Below, one piece after another: positions 63,257 to 64,000 of a stretch of DNA of 64,000 nt. Positions within the stretch are counted from its first letter, which is position 1. Each line of letters opens with the position of its first letter. Location of the stretch: positions 4,224,001-4,288,000 of the forward strand of contig OY970194.1 of the NCBI GenBank assembly GCA_963708075.1, in the 5' to 3' direction. Below the pieces are notes generated by a model. That model did no database searches. It saw only the letters and a list, made by a program, of their open reading frames with translations, and had not been told where the DNA came from. Source of the stretch: Sedimentisphaerales bacterium (GTDB lineage Bacteria > Planctomycetota > Phycisphaerae > Sedimentisphaerales > Anaerobacaceae). Made by a program: the position numbers and the translations under genes.

Positions 63257-64000
63257 TCACTTACCAGGCAGTCTTCTCACGTTAGTCCCAAACTTCTTAT
63301 GAGATGGATCCAATGACTTGGCCGGGACTTTGATGCCCATCTTTTGACAGAGCTTTTGTGATTGCTTGTAGTCTGTTTCAAATAAGAGCAACCGCTCCCA
63401 AGTCATGGCCTCTAGGACCACCTTTGCTAAGCAATTGCCCTCCCTCTCCAGTCGACCATGAAGGGTTACCATTTCGTCAGCCGGAATCGACTTGCCTCTG
63501 CGACCTAGTCGCACAACTAAGTGCACGAGCTCGTTGGAGAGAACATCATCCTTCTGCCTTAGTTTGCCGAGCGTCGAATCCAGCAAGGGCAGACCGATAG
63601 CCGAACCTGTTCGCTTGATCATGGAAAAAGTGGCCAGCCAATTGAGGTCGAACCATAGACGATTGGCCAAATGCGCAGCCTCTTGGCGAAGCTCGCGCAG
63701 TTGCGCCCTCCCGAGCTTGAAATCTTTGTCTTCAGATTGGACGACGGTGGCAACGCGAATGCGAAATAGACGCCAACGGATATACCTCGTCAATCCCTTA
63801 ACCTCACCTTGGAAGCTGTAGATACGACCGAGCAAACGACGAGCGAGCCCGACAATCTCTTCCATAATAGCAAGCTTTTCAGTCCCCTCGATTGATGAAG
63901 CACCATTGCGCAGAACCTGGCCAAGAATACCGATCGTCTTGAGAGCCGCGCGCACATGTTGGAGTTCATCGAGTTCATGCGCACCAGACGGCGGCAAAGC
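63257..64000 (-). CDS. Hypothetical helical protein, 5'-truncated by the window edge
   Basis: Open for at least 246 codons; visibly lower GC than its neighbours; no recognisable motif. Confidence 0.55.
   Translation of the reverse strand, partial: ALPPSGAHELDELQHVRAALKTIGILGQVLRNGASSIEGTEKLAIMEEIVGLARRLLGRIYSFQGEVKGLTRYIRWRLFRIRVATVVQSEDKDFKLGRAQLRELRQEAAHLANRLWFDLNWLATFSMIKRTGSAIGLPLLDSTLGKLRQKDDVLSNELVHLVVRLGRRGKSIPADEMVTLHGRLEREGNCLAKVVLEAMTWERLLLFETDYKQSQKLCQKMGIKVPAKSLDPSHKKFGTNVRRLPGK

Overview
GC-rich bacterial chromosomal window. The gene content (LamG/discoidin/YYWRVDEVN multidomain secreted proteins, an HzsA-like cytochrome, BlaI/BlaR1, AATCCGC-type repeats) suggests Planctomycetota, probably Phycisphaerae/Sedimentisphaerales; this is inference only. 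Left to right: (1) a ~2 kb hairpin-bounded element encoding a Rep-like/wHTH protein, and an HNH-AP2 endonuclease gene; (2) small lipoproteins, a MazG-like gene, two tandem beta-helix genes, a Tat-exported GH5, blaI-blaR1 with a palindromic operator, a PDZ lipoprotein and a LamG-thioredoxin fusion; (3) an 8-PAS/GAF NarX-type kinase, two LuxR regulators and a chemotaxis operon containing a porin and a CheX-CBS fusion; (4) four tandem mosaic ~1150-aa secreted LamG/discoidin genes, each with a conserved structured leader; (5) HzsA-like, TPR/TolB and LamG-PA14 genes, a second HNH-AP2 gene sharing a conserved ~170-nt non-coding leader with the first, and a mosaic of short repeats. Many genes carry single-base frameshifts that look like long-read errors. 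Six of them (plus one non-coding site) are the same GAGACC->GAGAACC change, suggesting a methylated BsaI-like motif. No rRNA, tRNA or CRISPR array was seen. Family assignments come from motif recognition by eye, not database searches.
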